DNA from: Candidatus Omnitrophota bacterium
GTDB lineage: Bacteria > Omnitrophota > Omnitrophia > Omnitrophales > Aquincolibacteriaceae
DNA length: 64,000 bases
Assembly: GCA_043821445.1 (NCBI GenBank)
Contig: JBDRCT010000049.1
Coordinates: 3,872-67,871 of the forward strand
Reading direction: 5' to 3'
How positions within the stretch are numbered: the stretch's first letter is position 1; every line of letters starts with the position of its first letter. The position numbers were made by a program, and so were the translations under genes. Positions 50,201 through 56,706 of this stretch are shown here, piece by piece. The notes beneath the pieces were generated by a model. The model saw only the letters and a list, made by a program, of their open reading frames with translations. It searched no databases and was not told the origin of the DNA.

Positions 50201-52631
50201 CCAGAAGGCGGCAGCTCCCAATACTCAGAAATTGATCGCGGAGGCGGAAACACTCAAGGATGTTTTTGCCTCTTTGCTTGCCAGGGAACCACGGCTTTTG
50301 AAAGCTCAACCTCAACCGGTGGGAGTCTTGAGGAGCGAAGTAAGGTTCCAGGTGACGCCTGTCCGGGAAGTGCCAGGACAAGAAAAGACGTTCGGAGTGG
50401 CTATTTCCAATGGGAGCGGTAGCCATGCCGGTCATTTTACGGCTGCGATTCCACAAAAGGCGGCTGAAAGGACCTATGAGATCCTTTTTCCGGACGAGGG
50501 GAAGGGTTCGAGCCAGGCACAATTCACGGTGATGGTCGATGACCAGGGGATTTTTAGGAATGTCAGCGACATCCGGGTCGTAACACCGGTGGCTAAAAGC
50601 CTTGCGGTGGCATCTCGTGTAAACCTCGGAGGCAAAAAAACCACCGCGGAGCGTTTCGAAAAAATCAAAGGTTCCATAGAAGACTTCTTAAGATCAAAGA
50701 TCGGACAGCCCTGGGGTCCGGAAATTTTTCGTACGTCTGCGGTGCCGGCTGTTCAAGAACAGGGCGCCTCCGGCGCGGTCACCGCGGCTAACGTGTCTAC
50801 GGTACGGAGTGAAATTCGGGGCGATGAACGCCGGGTCGCGGAGCTCCGGGGTGAAATGGTGGATGAACCTCTTGACGGTAAACCCGAGATCGTGTGGTCT
50901 GAAGAAGTACTCGCCAGATACGGTGGTGTTTCGTCGGCAGTTGCTCAGGGGCTGAAGTACTGGACGCGCGTTCTGTATACTCGCTGGCCGGCGGACGTGG
51001 AACGGGCCAAAACTCTGGGTGATACGCACCGAAGGAACCAAATGACTTATGAGTTGGCGGTCGCCGCGAATCTTCTGAAGAAAATGGCCACCGACTTAAC
51101 AAATGAGCAGATCAGCAAACTCACGGCCCTGGATTTTACGCAAGTGGTCTCAATTCTTGAAACCGCTATTGCAGACGGAGAGGCGCTTCAAAAAGCCGGT
51201 AGAGAATCCCGCCCTGAGGGGAGTTATGAACAGTTAAAAACCCTCAAGGAATCTCCTGACTTGCTCAGGATCGTTTTAAATAAATTGAAAAGCACTTACG
51301 AGATGGAAGCTCAGAAAGGTCGGGATGTGCGTCAGGCCCAAGGACTCATGACATCCGGCGCGGCTCCGGAGACCAGCGGTTCTATGGCAAATCTTGTTCC
51401 GGTCGCGGAAGAGCTTTTGGGGCAGGCAGGCTTGAAATTTAGCGCTGCGGAGGTCGGAAAACTTAGACCGACCCAAATCAGGGAGTTGATCGGATTTCTC
51501 AGGGCCGTTGCGCACAGCCGGGCGATCGGTTCTTCCGAAGGGGCGGCGCAGTTTGGGCCGCTCGAAAATGTTCCCGCGCCGGTTGCAGAGATCCTGGCGG
51601 AACTGCAAAGGATCCAGCAGGCCGGGGTTTCGGAAACACAGACGCCGCCGTCCGTGACTCCGGAGCCGGGCCGTTCTGAACTGAGGCTTTCGAATTTCAA
51701 TGGTGTCATCACACCCGAAGAGATCACGTTGATCGAACATTTTTATTTCAACCTTCTTCCGATGCAACTTCGCGAGTTGATCGAGGCAGCCGGAGGCCGG
51801 AAGGCCGTTCTCGAAGCACTACGGAAAATTTCAGGCATCACCGTGAGCGAGGCGGTCGTGGATATTCCGGACACTGACGTTCTCGATAAATTGTTTGCTC
51901 CCGAGGCGTCTCTTGCGATCCCGGAAGCAGCCGGCAGGGGATTGGCAGTTACAAAGACCGTGACGTCGACGGTCAAAGATCTCGGAGGCAAGGTTTTCCT
52001 CGGGCAGGACATTCTGGCAAAGCTCACCGCAGAGAATCCCCGGGCCCTTTTCTATCTTTTGAAAACCTATGCGGCTTTTACGGAACAAAATGAGCCACCG
52101 GTTCTTTTGACCGTCGGGTCACGGCAAGTCCTCCTCAAGCAGATCGAGAATGCTTTAGTCAACAAGAGTTCCGGCCTTGTGGGACTCGAGATCGTGGAAC
52201 GTAGCGCGTTGCTTCAGGCTCTTAAGCAGGAAAAGATCCTTGATGTGATCGAGCCTGCGCAGGGAACGAGCGAAGCGCAGATCATCAACGAACTTGCGGT
52301 CACGGCCCAGGGCGGGATCGCGTCGCTTCATCTGAGTGCGGACATGCTGCCGGGCTCATTACAGGGTGTTCACTTTGCATTCGGCGCAAAGAACATCGGG
52401 GCCCGCGATCTCATGGTGGCTTCCGTGCTCGCGATCGTTCTCAAATCCGTGGCAGACCTCATTCATAATGTTCCGGACGCAAAGATCAGGGCCGGGCTTC
52501 TCGGTAAATTCGTGGCAGAGAACTTGCCGGGCGTCAACGCTCAGGCACAAGGGAATTCTTTTGTGATCACCCAGATCACGAAGCTTGCCCAAGAATTTGC
52601 AGCCCGGGCCTACATCGCAACACGAGCTTAA
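35223..52631 (+). CDS. giant modular protein (5802 aa) with signal peptide, segmented by 21 RSExR motifs
   Basis: Uninterrupted 17.4 kb ORF; hydrophobic N-terminal signal; recognisable Adk, Gmk, HEAT, kinase-like and nucleotidyltransferase-like modules. Confidence 0.93.
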   Translation: MNHSRLFKTLIALFTVVTFSTTSVIWAPDSFAVAQAIRVPAPVAPEVPIPYQAKLDPGIQFSIPQELGTLQYFKAGKGPMVVHLQTAHGHYQAQQRIRALLHHLDKQYGIKTLLVEGSAFKLDPSILNFFPKDPKLTQKVNDALTKQALVKGPELYLLDELNGKTSPAPQAFGIENLEAYRENGLSFIDVLKEKKKTEKFLASMNEGIERLSAAYLNDALRNYLKQLEGFEKNQLPLDAWLSLLKKEALKRLKLDLTQPGSQLDWPMLVRVFKVQELSSKFDKDAFMKERTEFLKVLKRFLPSSYAQIEQLLESEQASRQLPAPETGLLFENMVKALPRDFNYEAYPDVCYFVGRLLLQSELKAPELMQEAEKLSSKVADKLAKTQAEKNLVALLKDYRLLQKLFALELTPADYDQILGARKADGGGRLKPSNLVKQLNGAILHPSSGIQRVKDVKFTHIAELNQLFDAAMKFYAGVKERDGLMEQMIEKRLRETGAGKVAVITGGFHSEPFKNYFSSKDYSYALISPRITESDEIGHQAYVENMLNFAQHLQRNASATMRRSDPSSGGQRATRNVSNSALSASEATRELEFLSDPQVLVGDYGINAAAVRIEVRKIVSTVAGRTALLQTIDRSLQPTAKALGPQSPDSVLPSEKSRSEARAEKKPVTISRRLIVLWGTAAAVGGLLAMACRSIAAPSEVKLAVSISSAPNLTPADLTGFPEAPNLFTTIFNPGRATVQILGDDQGRGMHFAFNTGTDGYVGAGLEFFLPGVKDSANLSSLNELRFELHGNVPGGKVKMDVIDADGKKVTVYLTGISTTEGRIWQIPVSILQGVNMVRIRDINFVAEGPQNFSGELHVKYNKPSASRSEMRGEERFTKEQIQSALKDFQPTWLDYAFVETGAKRRIDAANFLGETKDPRVADALINVLKSDKHPGVRVAVAKALGKITDPRVFPALRDVFGKEKNDDVWFTIAGVLWEAEDPWIHTRMAAALADHSPFVRKMAVQFFGANHVASAISMLRNALNDDSEDVRTAAAAALEWITTTSLAEISRSEMREVTKPLAEAVAGRIRYAAALGKPGSGKGTLLQRFVAELNRHLDKNHPYVILSTGDVFRAIAEKVAAKKEGRVPDLQKVGIFESFTVPDSVISAMQEGKIISDEITIDLVNEVLRLDFFKKARGIFFDGFPRSAGQLAALEQGKIGIGDKPLVMDFNFILDIEDQTVYKRAASRVAEEKLAAVREKREPKIRKDDLPERVKTRIEDYESVTSPAVETKRGQPDTLTINANVKPIDGVYEDFLQGLDAWIAMHPPRSEARFTAGEEGIVRRAMKDLEMGWFDSFFEREIATPRRVAAVQSLDAIRASLRVSILRDLLAKEKNGDVWYAMASALWQAGDPWIRQRTVAALGEDSSSIRQMAAQLLGENHETSAFSALTAALNDPDESVREAASEALEWIMTTSPVLAARSEVRAKLQSPFFTLSGERKIGESIRMERMWPEIHEMKILISLHRGKNGKLLLDLWTHTPVIAGKIHTDAVNWELDGPEEEILAVFQRLREPAVQQPLREAIERDLEPGDFYSENERFETKLTPWVEKLLNGEIVSVVTGQSDLSQQPPAEAAARVLAESRSEMRLMPLLALADGSGLAGVISQLRQAWHENALVIVAVGLGLCEIGYWAYRTWQLRKKLSHFPNAVKRVKDAVRRFAEKTEEDERRSSANDLESIYVDGFLTRILWRNIPDSKLLQIEQEIKEGRDPVLQLVPDGNEVLMEWTRQVLELRSSAYFPSGGEDQYVSSEPQGWYGSIEVTAGEQSRSEARGTPKGGDWEAAARARVSEIQRKEQEEEARALAKMEGEREAIRSMTTPQLLALKEREVMAFSAAQIQALTPAQLRVLEGTDQEKWLNARANELLAQQAKIMKKSRSEVRVFGNDRFIPLMRATVLSLAIAGLSGCAPVIAGIKTMPLPQGEELGIPSPLTIEEFQEAINNMFDPDSPTPPDLSLATFREWQRDAKYMEAFTRKYLRALGYQIRSEDWLRGFAIWYAAPDHGDRPYWEYQEEIYERLGEWEANGYIIRFSVPIFPFGRSEVRNTSVQAEQPKHPMFITLEVNKDLQGLDFGDVEKAIASGKMAIAEVSVDWARKIKETYPNDVYTIFITPLSENQIRERMQETGQTRDAVIFEEMSRRQKERALEKPTPEEKQLSRAKGAVIEMARQNEYNAVIVSNELKDLERDDVRWAGDEGAAVVEQFMAAVDAARKAGKKLILYSGPSATGKSPLWNQIQKKHGDQFSRIVLYTTRGLRPGEKDGVDFHFRSVNDLQNLMNEKNGRSEARASEETPADRLISGRKFTVIDVAENPYAIKVISDPDYKSLILYGFSNAARALGDLVVPFFITNKLSVTIDGISQDSTVILQKKVMPASDQFQTYLENNDLPKAIELLKKMVEIDQEIMRRGYILTDFKVENFGITADGNVLLLDPTGVVDGLGRTQPPEDFYHYYNQNNFLFVKSGSYHRFYDDYKNNKHAKELFQAFRDLTGVDFTGILQTTKMNVMIALALSESFDPDNPFSKHVQHARHYLEGLTPFAALSQQLKEPVAMPAIQVEAESSLRGFLGHEQRREFNLQDLSIWNEEKAINIHVPLQETKLVTIESRSEVRDTQTTPSRSAARQTAQIGRTWKDLFKENFNWGIEEGLITAGFSIGLYAGLFGLPFLMPLGLNPAHTALIGTLLGGALYPAVVAVRAKWLQAAKTEDAGGFDVKTFVDTLLEASREARSLFDSEQLDLANNIESIVFPRIRARKLTYAQRAAAKAELNGRLQRVKEEIAQMETSGNLSGNSQSVLNARLREIENSSSDFEAALTFRSEIRQILEALRKEKHVAGVISTFIFGLAGFLFGIYQGISFFSRSNIRPYSTDDVFWMAIFVLLGGELLGVAGGIIGLAVYGVVYAGFSIVRLVVHAFWSVAGSVRRSGYRAGRGLAGEERTTGHAPKRSEVKVTEREFQRALKDLETDWFDTFFIKNATQRRVGAIKVLGESKDPRAVPALTGLLKDAAVRSSAAETLTSIRSSVPALQAEAGFTTEEAGIFRRAIEDLKFQWTDLFLFERETRRRVGAVKSLGAIQNPALILELYSLLVKEEKEKWVKTDEWFAIAGVLLRKGETRILETVFDSLTDDIPVVRKRAADFLGENHVVSAVPALTLALKDSFVKFAAAAAIEKITGTPPFKKKGAFEFFGVNPVVLPRTTFFASGGLGFLFELKLISPFVKPGDPLGKIAGLLLLSLGSIIGSYILISIVQNRIVGLDRLGRPLVKKEKASARSEARNLALSVPAGLLEKASDWLHSPWGIVDWIVGGVLFGMAAAFAFATLLVALYTIASIWTSFQKSAIRSLEEKEGFAAIEFLRGLLQKTRGFSYLIFSDVYNETELAAIAALTHLNDSFLTGFLTSGEGFNRYLRASDEVKAAVDRWSPEAFSAQILRNLSSNDLSPAQLIEKREDLAGLGILRPFLVAAFSHSDPKIQRMGLEILAGYEFFTFGRVPTDHEIFDPVIREALEPFLQKAISQTSDDDLFDKTAMIMIRQGRSGEIVPGALQRMSAGNPDHFPLLVKELATAEYLDATLFHPDLKIRALGLKAIEDTGTVAAQDQYAEKYQEQLIPLLQDPDNDVCSGAAILLTVVGHGKSVLQAAASRNWNELPELVNYFDLHWKEAVELAGPESLPLLKLLIDRRKAWAYADDPIDGVDAAILGKSQAGLKFDRSHIIAKKTEELRELKAAVDRLSARSEVRHLRRLGAPDRDIGDIVETVRESLDGAVTDDESLWAAQQRMGDLPDLLKGPRTERELGIEIGESWKIPNVHYQSRRSEARSEIRERLAPVFRAFGIDESSGKTEIEKTKNQADRWYVEGMTRQHVHPRGTGTDGADDKDGPYAPLHIRNEKGSLSEVSHTGNAVVTAMMEDQELQSVGVYQRAFLDHHPREREYLEAAAKTNLIWNTLDGGIGESLMREAWLLNKGLRSRLKDILSAGDKADPIYQEALAALKDAEESGKTRDILAALRKIEKLGGFDPLQIKMGAKGTDLGRIEQIRDHELFVGDAEARLLFMIDLGRSGQFDRVAFQPLVNDPSKASYITLLKKPCLWDLVEGRPQPRSYWTALLDAGVKVMTMVEQKELPKFEIALGEIVGFPTADAKDARKRQPGGHGQLGVYFVVDFTENAPAKDGRHHIRFFGNGDNRKGNPEAIVAGFAIVERLPIIKITTAATAIDKKGGKEVVRIIQKLVRGVKKIFNVLDQWEEIDAINAGQEKIFYAAGQRHGFGQEGRQLFNTNLFYFNIDMLHSILVEMRRITGDGEFLDGIMPFLFDKSAKAQEIDGKKYVSMDSAIGYVVHKLNTFYTTDPRFESLRQEYGPQLLYYINYGRDIFAPKKKAEDQYLQEGTDYYGPFDETIKNFRDAVPGLTPPGFSLTDPFEKDGSAVDKNGNPIDSKFWTEAQHWLDSLGLSRVRRMTSLKVEGRVTLRNAEYIGDVEIINRYGRKDKSNRAQRVVLSSGQYLEQLKARGFWADDHLVLEDLRITIDEDGRLLTMAISMAHTPEGALRIRDTEEAIKLFDELGARGANVRVGRGFTVERGGELIIDPRDFGPGVDFFVESNVVIASGVTINLQLDGKNHVIIDSGTVFSGPSGLRLDLVLQEGEWLHIGKGALQDVIAGLASEETPRGKTMTLFLHYRELVKADELERAFSIRKIINSLVSYPVGDAGIFRNAQWVKNLIDEFERTPGHHSRSEVRGALGWFENGRVLTYERMIAERKKEIDKLRRSITDAKTPEARRLVPGYEARVRDAQGAITGYQRQLFAAAIPEPEILARLLAVVPPQTLYDIYQAARAVLPFDGAIQPRDMLRFFYGVPSQGQGPTMQNYVSAIGNFLMERQEALVPASADARSLEMPQIPREPFIRFYPLQLVALIQMARGFSRETLLEMLRVQTVPAAEQESSQVGTVNGAKTELFARPANDQVLFLAVFLKNLLAAVDQKAAAPNTQKLIAEAETLKDVFASLLAREPRLLKAQPQPVGVLRSEVRFQVTPVREVPGQEKTFGVAISNGSGSHAGHFTAAIPQKAAERTYEILFPDEGKGSSQAQFTVMVDDQGIFRNVSDIRVVTPVAKSLAVASRVNLGGKKTTAERFEKIKGSIEDFLRSKIGQPWGPEIFRTSAVPAVQEQGASGAVTAANVSTVRSEIRGDERRVAELRGEMVDEPLDGKPEIVWSEEVLARYGGVSSAVAQGLKYWTRVLYTRWPADVERAKTLGDTHRRNQMTYELAVAANLLKKMATDLTNEQISKLTALDFTQVVSILETAIADGEALQKAGRESRPEGSYEQLKTLKESPDLLRIVLNKLKSTYEMEAQKGRDVRQAQGLMTSGAAPETSGSMANLVPVAEELLGQAGLKFSAAEVGKLRPTQIRELIGFLRAVAHSRAIGSSEGAAQFGPLENVPAPVAEILAELQRIQQAGVSETQTPPSVTPEPGRSELRLSNFNGVITPEEITLIEHFYFNLLPMQLRELIEAAGGRKAVLEALRKISGITVSEAVVDIPDTDVLDKLFAPEASLAIPEAAGRGLAVTKTVTSTVKDLGGKVFLGQDILAKLTAENPRALFYLLKTYAAFTEQNEPPVLLTVGSRQVLLKQIENALVNKSSGLVGLEIVERSALLQALKQEKILDVIEPAQGTSEAQIINELAVTAQGGIASLHLSADMLPGSLQGVHFAFGAKNIGARDLMVASVLAIVLKSVADLIHNVPDAKIRAGLLGKFVAENLPGVNAQAQGNSFVITQITKLAQEFAARAYIATRA
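36891..36929. repeat. 39-bp TCCGCC...GGCGGA palindromic element, in frame in the giant gene
   Basis: Its reverse complement matches 57378-57416 at 31/39 positions by my count. Confidence 0.75.
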
Positions 52632-52784
52632 GGCCGTTCCGTTTACCCGTGTACACCTCCGAGGTGTTCCTGGGGAACGATCCGGGGCATCATTCCTGCG
52701 CACGACGATGTGTTTGATTGACACCTCTGAACGATTTGCTGTAAAATCCCTCAAATTCAAAGGTTACGGAGATTTGTCCCCACT

Positions 52785-53768
52785 ATGTCAACACGAGTTC
52801 TAAGCGGTACACGGCCCACGGGAAAACTGCATCTCGGGCACCTCCTGGGAACTCTCGAGAACTACAAGAAATTGCAAGGCCAGGATGCTTTCTTCATGAT
52901 CGCGGACCTGCATGCCCTGACCACGGAATATGAAGACAAGACCCGGATCGCGGAGGACGTGACAGAAGTTTTGATCGATTATTTGGCAAGCGGTCTCGAT
53001 CCGGCGCAGTGCACGATGTTCGTTCAAAGCGAAGTGCTGGAGCACGCCAATCTTGCGCTGCTTTTTTCGATGATCACACCGCTGGGCTGGCTGGAACGGA
53101 ACCCGACCTACAAGGACCAGCTTGCGGAACTGAAGGGCAAGGAGCTTCACACGCACGGTTTTTTGGGATATCCGGTGCTTCAGGCCGCGGACATCGCGCT
53201 TTATAAGGCCGAAAAGGTCCCGGTGGGTGAGGATCAGCTGCCGCATCTGGAACTCACCCGCGAGATCATCCGCCGGTTCTTTCATCTTTACAAGAAACAG
53301 GTCTTTCCGGAACCGGAGGCTGTGCTCACGCATGCGCCGAAAGTACCGGGGCTCGACGGCCGGAAGATGAGCAAAAGTTACGGCAACTGTATTTATCTCG
53401 CGGATTCCAAAGAAGAGGTCATCAAAAAAGTGAAGACGATGGTGACCGATCCGGCGCGGAAATTGCGGACCGATAAAGGACATCCGGAAGTTTGCCCGGT
53501 CTTTTTCTATCACAAGCTTTTTAATCAAGATCATGTGGAAACAGTCGCGCGGGAATGCCGGGACGCGGCGCGCGGCTGCGTGGATTGCAAAATGGAAATG
53601 GCCGGAAAACTGAACGGATTTATGGACCCGATACGGGAAAGACGTGAATCATGGATGAAGAAAAAAACGGAAATACGACAGATCCTCGACCGGGGAGCCA
53701 AGAGGGCGCGGGAAGTGGCGAGCCAAACCCTCAAGGAAACCCTGCAGGCGATGGGCCTGGTGTCGTAG
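52785..53768 (+). CDS. trpS: tryptophan--tRNA ligase
   Basis: SG.RPTGKLHLGH, YPVLQAADI, VPVGEDQ, KMSKS. Confidence 0.97.
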   Translation: MSTRVLSGTRPTGKLHLGHLLGTLENYKKLQGQDAFFMIADLHALTTEYEDKTRIAEDVTEVLIDYLASGLDPAQCTMFVQSEVLEHANLALLFSMITPLGWLERNPTYKDQLAELKGKELHTHGFLGYPVLQAADIALYKAEKVPVGEDQLPHLELTREIIRRFFHLYKKQVFPEPEAVLTHAPKVPGLDGRKMSKSYGNCIYLADSKEEVIKKVKTMVTDPARKLRTDKGHPEVCPVFFYHKLFNQDHVETVARECRDAARGCVDCKMEMAGKLNGFMDPIRERRESWMKKKTEIRQILDRGAKRAREVASQTLKETLQAMGLVS

Positions 53769-53809
53769 CTTCTCCCGCGACGCCTCTGGCAGAACTCTCC
53801 GGACTCCCG

Positions 53810-54556
53810 ATGATTCCGAAAGAGTCTGATCCTCTCCACGTCAAGATCGCTGTCTATGACGGGCCGCTGGACCTTCTCTTAGACCTTATCCGGAAAAACG
53901 AGATGAACATCTATGACATTCCGGTCGCGGAGATCACGCAGCAGTATCTGGATTATTTGAAGGTGATGAAGCAGTTGGATCTCGAGGTCGCAGGCGAATT
54001 CATCGTGATGGCCGCAACCCTCATCTATATCAAGTCCAAGATGCTGCTCCCCACGGACAAGGATGAGGAGGAAGGCGAAGGCGAAGATCCCCGCGCGGAG
54101 CTCGTGCGCAAACTTCTCGAGTATCAGGCCTTCAAAGAAGCGGCCAAGGAGCTCGGGCTTCTTCAGACCGAACGCGGCAAGGCGTTCACGCGCCAGATCA
54201 CGGATTATTATTTGGGAGAGTTGGATCCCGAAGACGCGGGGGTCGATACTTTTAGTGCCAATTTTTTTGACCTGATCGTCGCGTTCCAGAATGTCCTCTC
54301 GAAAAAAGAACCCAAAAAAGAGCACGAGGTTTTCGAAGAAGTTGTCTCGATCGAGGAAAAGATGATCCAGATCCAGTCCTACCTTGACGAGAAAAAAAAG
54401 GTCTCTTTCAACGATCTTTTTTCGGAGCGCTGGACGCGCAACGAGCTCATTGCCACGTTCCTTGCGGTCCTCGAGCTCGTCAGGACCCGTTTTGCCTGGG
54501 TGCGGCAGGACAAGCAATTCGGCGAGATCGTCATTGAAAAACGGGAAGAGAATTAG
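53810..54556 (+). CDS. scpA: segregation and condensation protein A
   Basis: YDGPLDLLL.LI, EFIVMAATL..IKSKMLLP, TFLAVLEL. Confidence 0.95.
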   Translation: MIPKESDPLHVKIAVYDGPLDLLLDLIRKNEMNIYDIPVAEITQQYLDYLKVMKQLDLEVAGEFIVMAATLIYIKSKMLLPTDKDEEEGEGEDPRAELVRKLLEYQAFKEAAKELGLLQTERGKAFTRQITDYYLGELDPEDAGVDTFSANFFDLIVAFQNVLSKKEPKKEHEVFEEVVSIEEKMIQIQSYLDEKKKVSFNDLFSERWTRNELIATFLAVLELVRTRFAWVRQDKQFGEIVIEKREEN

Positions 54557-54570
54557 TATAACAACTGCCC

Positions 54571-54640
54571 AAGTGTCAAAGTATCAACGTATCAAAGCGT
54601 CAAAATGCTTTGATGCCTTGACACTCTGGAACTTTGACAC
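54571..54640. repeat. degenerate octamer (GTGTCAAA-like) tandem/inverted repeat
   Basis: gtgtcaaa-gtatcaac-gtatcaaa-gcgtcaaa then tttgatgc-cttgacac...tttgacac; same family at 56641. Confidence 0.75.
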
Positions 54641-54690
54641 AGATGAATGGATCACACATTTTGTTTTCTTAACGGGAGCTATTATAAATC

Positions 54691-55554
54691 ATGAAACCCA
54701 CTGCGGCACAAGAACGGGAAAAGCAAGCCAGACTCAAGACTTTGCGCAAGGAACTGGATCAGGAGATCCAGGAACAGCTCGAGGAGAAGAATGCCCTCGA
54801 GGATTTGACCGGGGCCCAAAGATTCCAGATCGAATCGTTACGCGAAGAGGACCTCCATGATCCGAAAAAGGCCAGGCAGGTGGTGGAAGCGCTGATCTTC
54901 GCGTCTTCAAAGCCCCTGACACCCGCCGAGATCCGCAAGGTCACGAAAGTCTTGACCGTGGGTCAGATCGAGACGATCGTGGCGGAGCTGAAAGAAGATT
55001 ATCAAAGGAGTGAACGTTGTTTTGAGCTTTTGGAGATCGCGGGCGGGTATGAACTTTCGACCCGGAGGGAATTCGCGCCGTGGATCCTGAAGATCGAGTT
55101 GCAGCGCAAAGCGCGCCAGGCGACACAGTCGGCGCTTGAGACGCTGGCGATCCTGGCTTACAAGCAGCCGCTTACGCGTGCCGAGATCGAAGCCTTGCGG
55201 GGGGTGGACACGAGCGGTGTGTTGAATACGCTTATGGAAAAGAATTTCATCAGGATCACGGGCAAAAAAGAAGTTCCCGGAAGGCCGTTCATGTATGGGA
55301 CCACCGAAAAGTTCCTGGAGCATTTCGGTCTCAAGGAGTTGAGGGACCTTCCGAGCATTGATGAGATCCGCCAGATGGTGGATAGCTCGGTCAAAAAAGA
55401 AGAATTGATCGGAACGAAGAAGATCGTAGACGTGCCGCAAAGCGACACGCCACAGGACGGAACAACACCAGCTTCCGGAATTCCGGAGGACCTGTCCGAG
55501 GACAGGCAAGCAACGGGAGAGGCGACACCCCATGAGAGCGAGGGAAAAATTTAA
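54691..55554 (+). CDS. scpB: segregation and condensation protein B
   Basis: VEALIFAS, ALETLAILAYKQP.TRAEIE..RGV, PGRP..YGTT..FL..FGL. Confidence 0.95.
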   Translation: MKPTAAQEREKQARLKTLRKELDQEIQEQLEEKNALEDLTGAQRFQIESLREEDLHDPKKARQVVEALIFASSKPLTPAEIRKVTKVLTVGQIETIVAELKEDYQRSERCFELLEIAGGYELSTRREFAPWILKIELQRKARQATQSALETLAILAYKQPLTRAEIEALRGVDTSGVLNTLMEKNFIRITGKKEVPGRPFMYGTTEKFLEHFGLKELRDLPSIDEIRQMVDSSVKKEELIGTKKIVDVPQSDTPQDGTTPASGIPEDLSEDRQATGEATPHESEGKI

Positions 55555-55555
55555 C

Positions 55556-56635
55556 ATGGACCTGAGCCAGCTACGCAAGAAGATCGACGAATTGGACAAG
55601 AAGATCATCGGGCTTTTGAACGAGCGGACCGAATTTGCGCGCGAAGTCGGCAAAAAAAAGACCGAGGCCGGCAAGGAGATCTACGCCCCGGAACGGGAAA
55701 GCGAGATCTACCGGAAGATCGACGGCCTGGCGGGGAAAGGGGTCCTGCCGAAGGACGCCCTGAAATCCATTTACCGGGAGATCATGTCGGCGGCGCTCGC
55801 GCTGGAAAAACCGCTCGTGATCGCCTACCTCGGGCCCGAGGCGACCTTTACGCATCTCGCGTCACTTTCCAAATTCGGTTCAAGCGTGGAATACCGTTCC
55901 TGCGTGAGTATCGGCGAGGTCTTCCGGGAGGTCGAACAGGGCCGCGCCGATTACGGCGTGATCCCGATCGAAAATTCCATCGAAGGGGCCGTGAGCCACA
56001 CGCTGGATATGTTCATTGATTCGGACCTGAAGATCTGCTCCGAGATCTATTTTGAGATCGCGCACAACCTGATGTCGAATATTCAAAATATGAAGCAGAT
56101 CAAACGCGTGTATTCCAAGGCCGAGGTATTTGGCCAGTGCCGCATGTGGCTGGAGTCACATCTGCACCACGCCGAGCTCATGGAAGCTTCGAGCACGGCT
56201 GCGGCGGCCAAGCGCGCGGCGGACGAGGATGGCGCGGCGGCGATCGGTTCAAAGCTTGCGGCGACGCTCTACAATCTGCCGATCCTGGCGGCCGAGATCC
56301 AGGATTTTTCGAACAATGTGACGCGCTTTCTCGTGATCTCTAAGCAGATCCCGGGCCGGACCAAGAGCGACAAGACCTCCATCCTTGTCTCGATCCGTGA
56401 CAAGGTGGGGGCGCTTTATGAGATGCTTTTGCCGATCAAGAAATACCGGGTGAACATGACCAAGATCGAATCGCGCCCGTCCAAGAAGAAGGCATGGGAT
56501 TATTATTTCTACATCGATCTCGAGGGACATGTGGAAGATCCCAAGGTCCGGAAGATGCTTGCGGAGATGGAAAAAAAGGTCAAGTTCCTCAAAGTGCTTG
56601 GCTCCTATCCCGCTGCGGGAAACACGAAAGACTAA
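55556..56635 (+). CDS. pheA: chorismate mutase / prephenate dehydratase
   Basis: LRKKIDELD, YLGPEATFT, PIENSIEG, N.TRFLV, TKIESRP. Confidence 0.96.
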   Translation: MDLSQLRKKIDELDKKIIGLLNERTEFAREVGKKKTEAGKEIYAPERESEIYRKIDGLAGKGVLPKDALKSIYREIMSAALALEKPLVIAYLGPEATFTHLASLSKFGSSVEYRSCVSIGEVFREVEQGRADYGVIPIENSIEGAVSHTLDMFIDSDLKICSEIYFEIAHNLMSNIQNMKQIKRVYSKAEVFGQCRMWLESHLHHAELMEASSTAAAAKRAADEDGAAAIGSKLAATLYNLPILAAEIQDFSNNVTRFLVISKQIPGRTKSDKTSILVSIRDKVGALYEMLLPIKKYRVNMTKIESRPSKKKAWDYYFYIDLEGHVEDPKVRKMLAEMEKKVKFLKVLGSYPAAGNTKD

Positions 56636-56640
56636 AAAAC

Positions 56641-56698
56641 AGTGTCAAGGTTTCAGAGTGTCAAGGTATCAAAGTAGGCAGTTCCGATACTCTGACAC
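56641..56698. repeat. degenerate octamer (GTGTCAAG-like) repeat
   Basis: gtgtcaag-gtttcaga-gtgtcaag-gtatcaaa ... gatac-tctgacac. Confidence 0.7.
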
Positions 56699-56706
56699 AA
56701 ACAAAT

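Noticed and set aside
37191-51686. RSExR-coding DNA as a CRISPR array or integron attC sites
   Set aside because: Units are about 15 bp, degenerate at synonymous positions, irregularly spaced and non-palindromic; no cas or integrase gene is present in the window.
35223-52631. Giant ORF as stop-codon read-through or inteins
   Set aside because: It is open in the standard code and neighbouring genes use TAA, TAG and TGA normally; I saw no intein C...HN-[CST] signatures at the junctions.
52653-52667. Short palindrome ACACCTCCGAGGTGT after the giant gene
   Set aside because: Single short copy with no T-tract; too little to call a terminator, REP or T-box.
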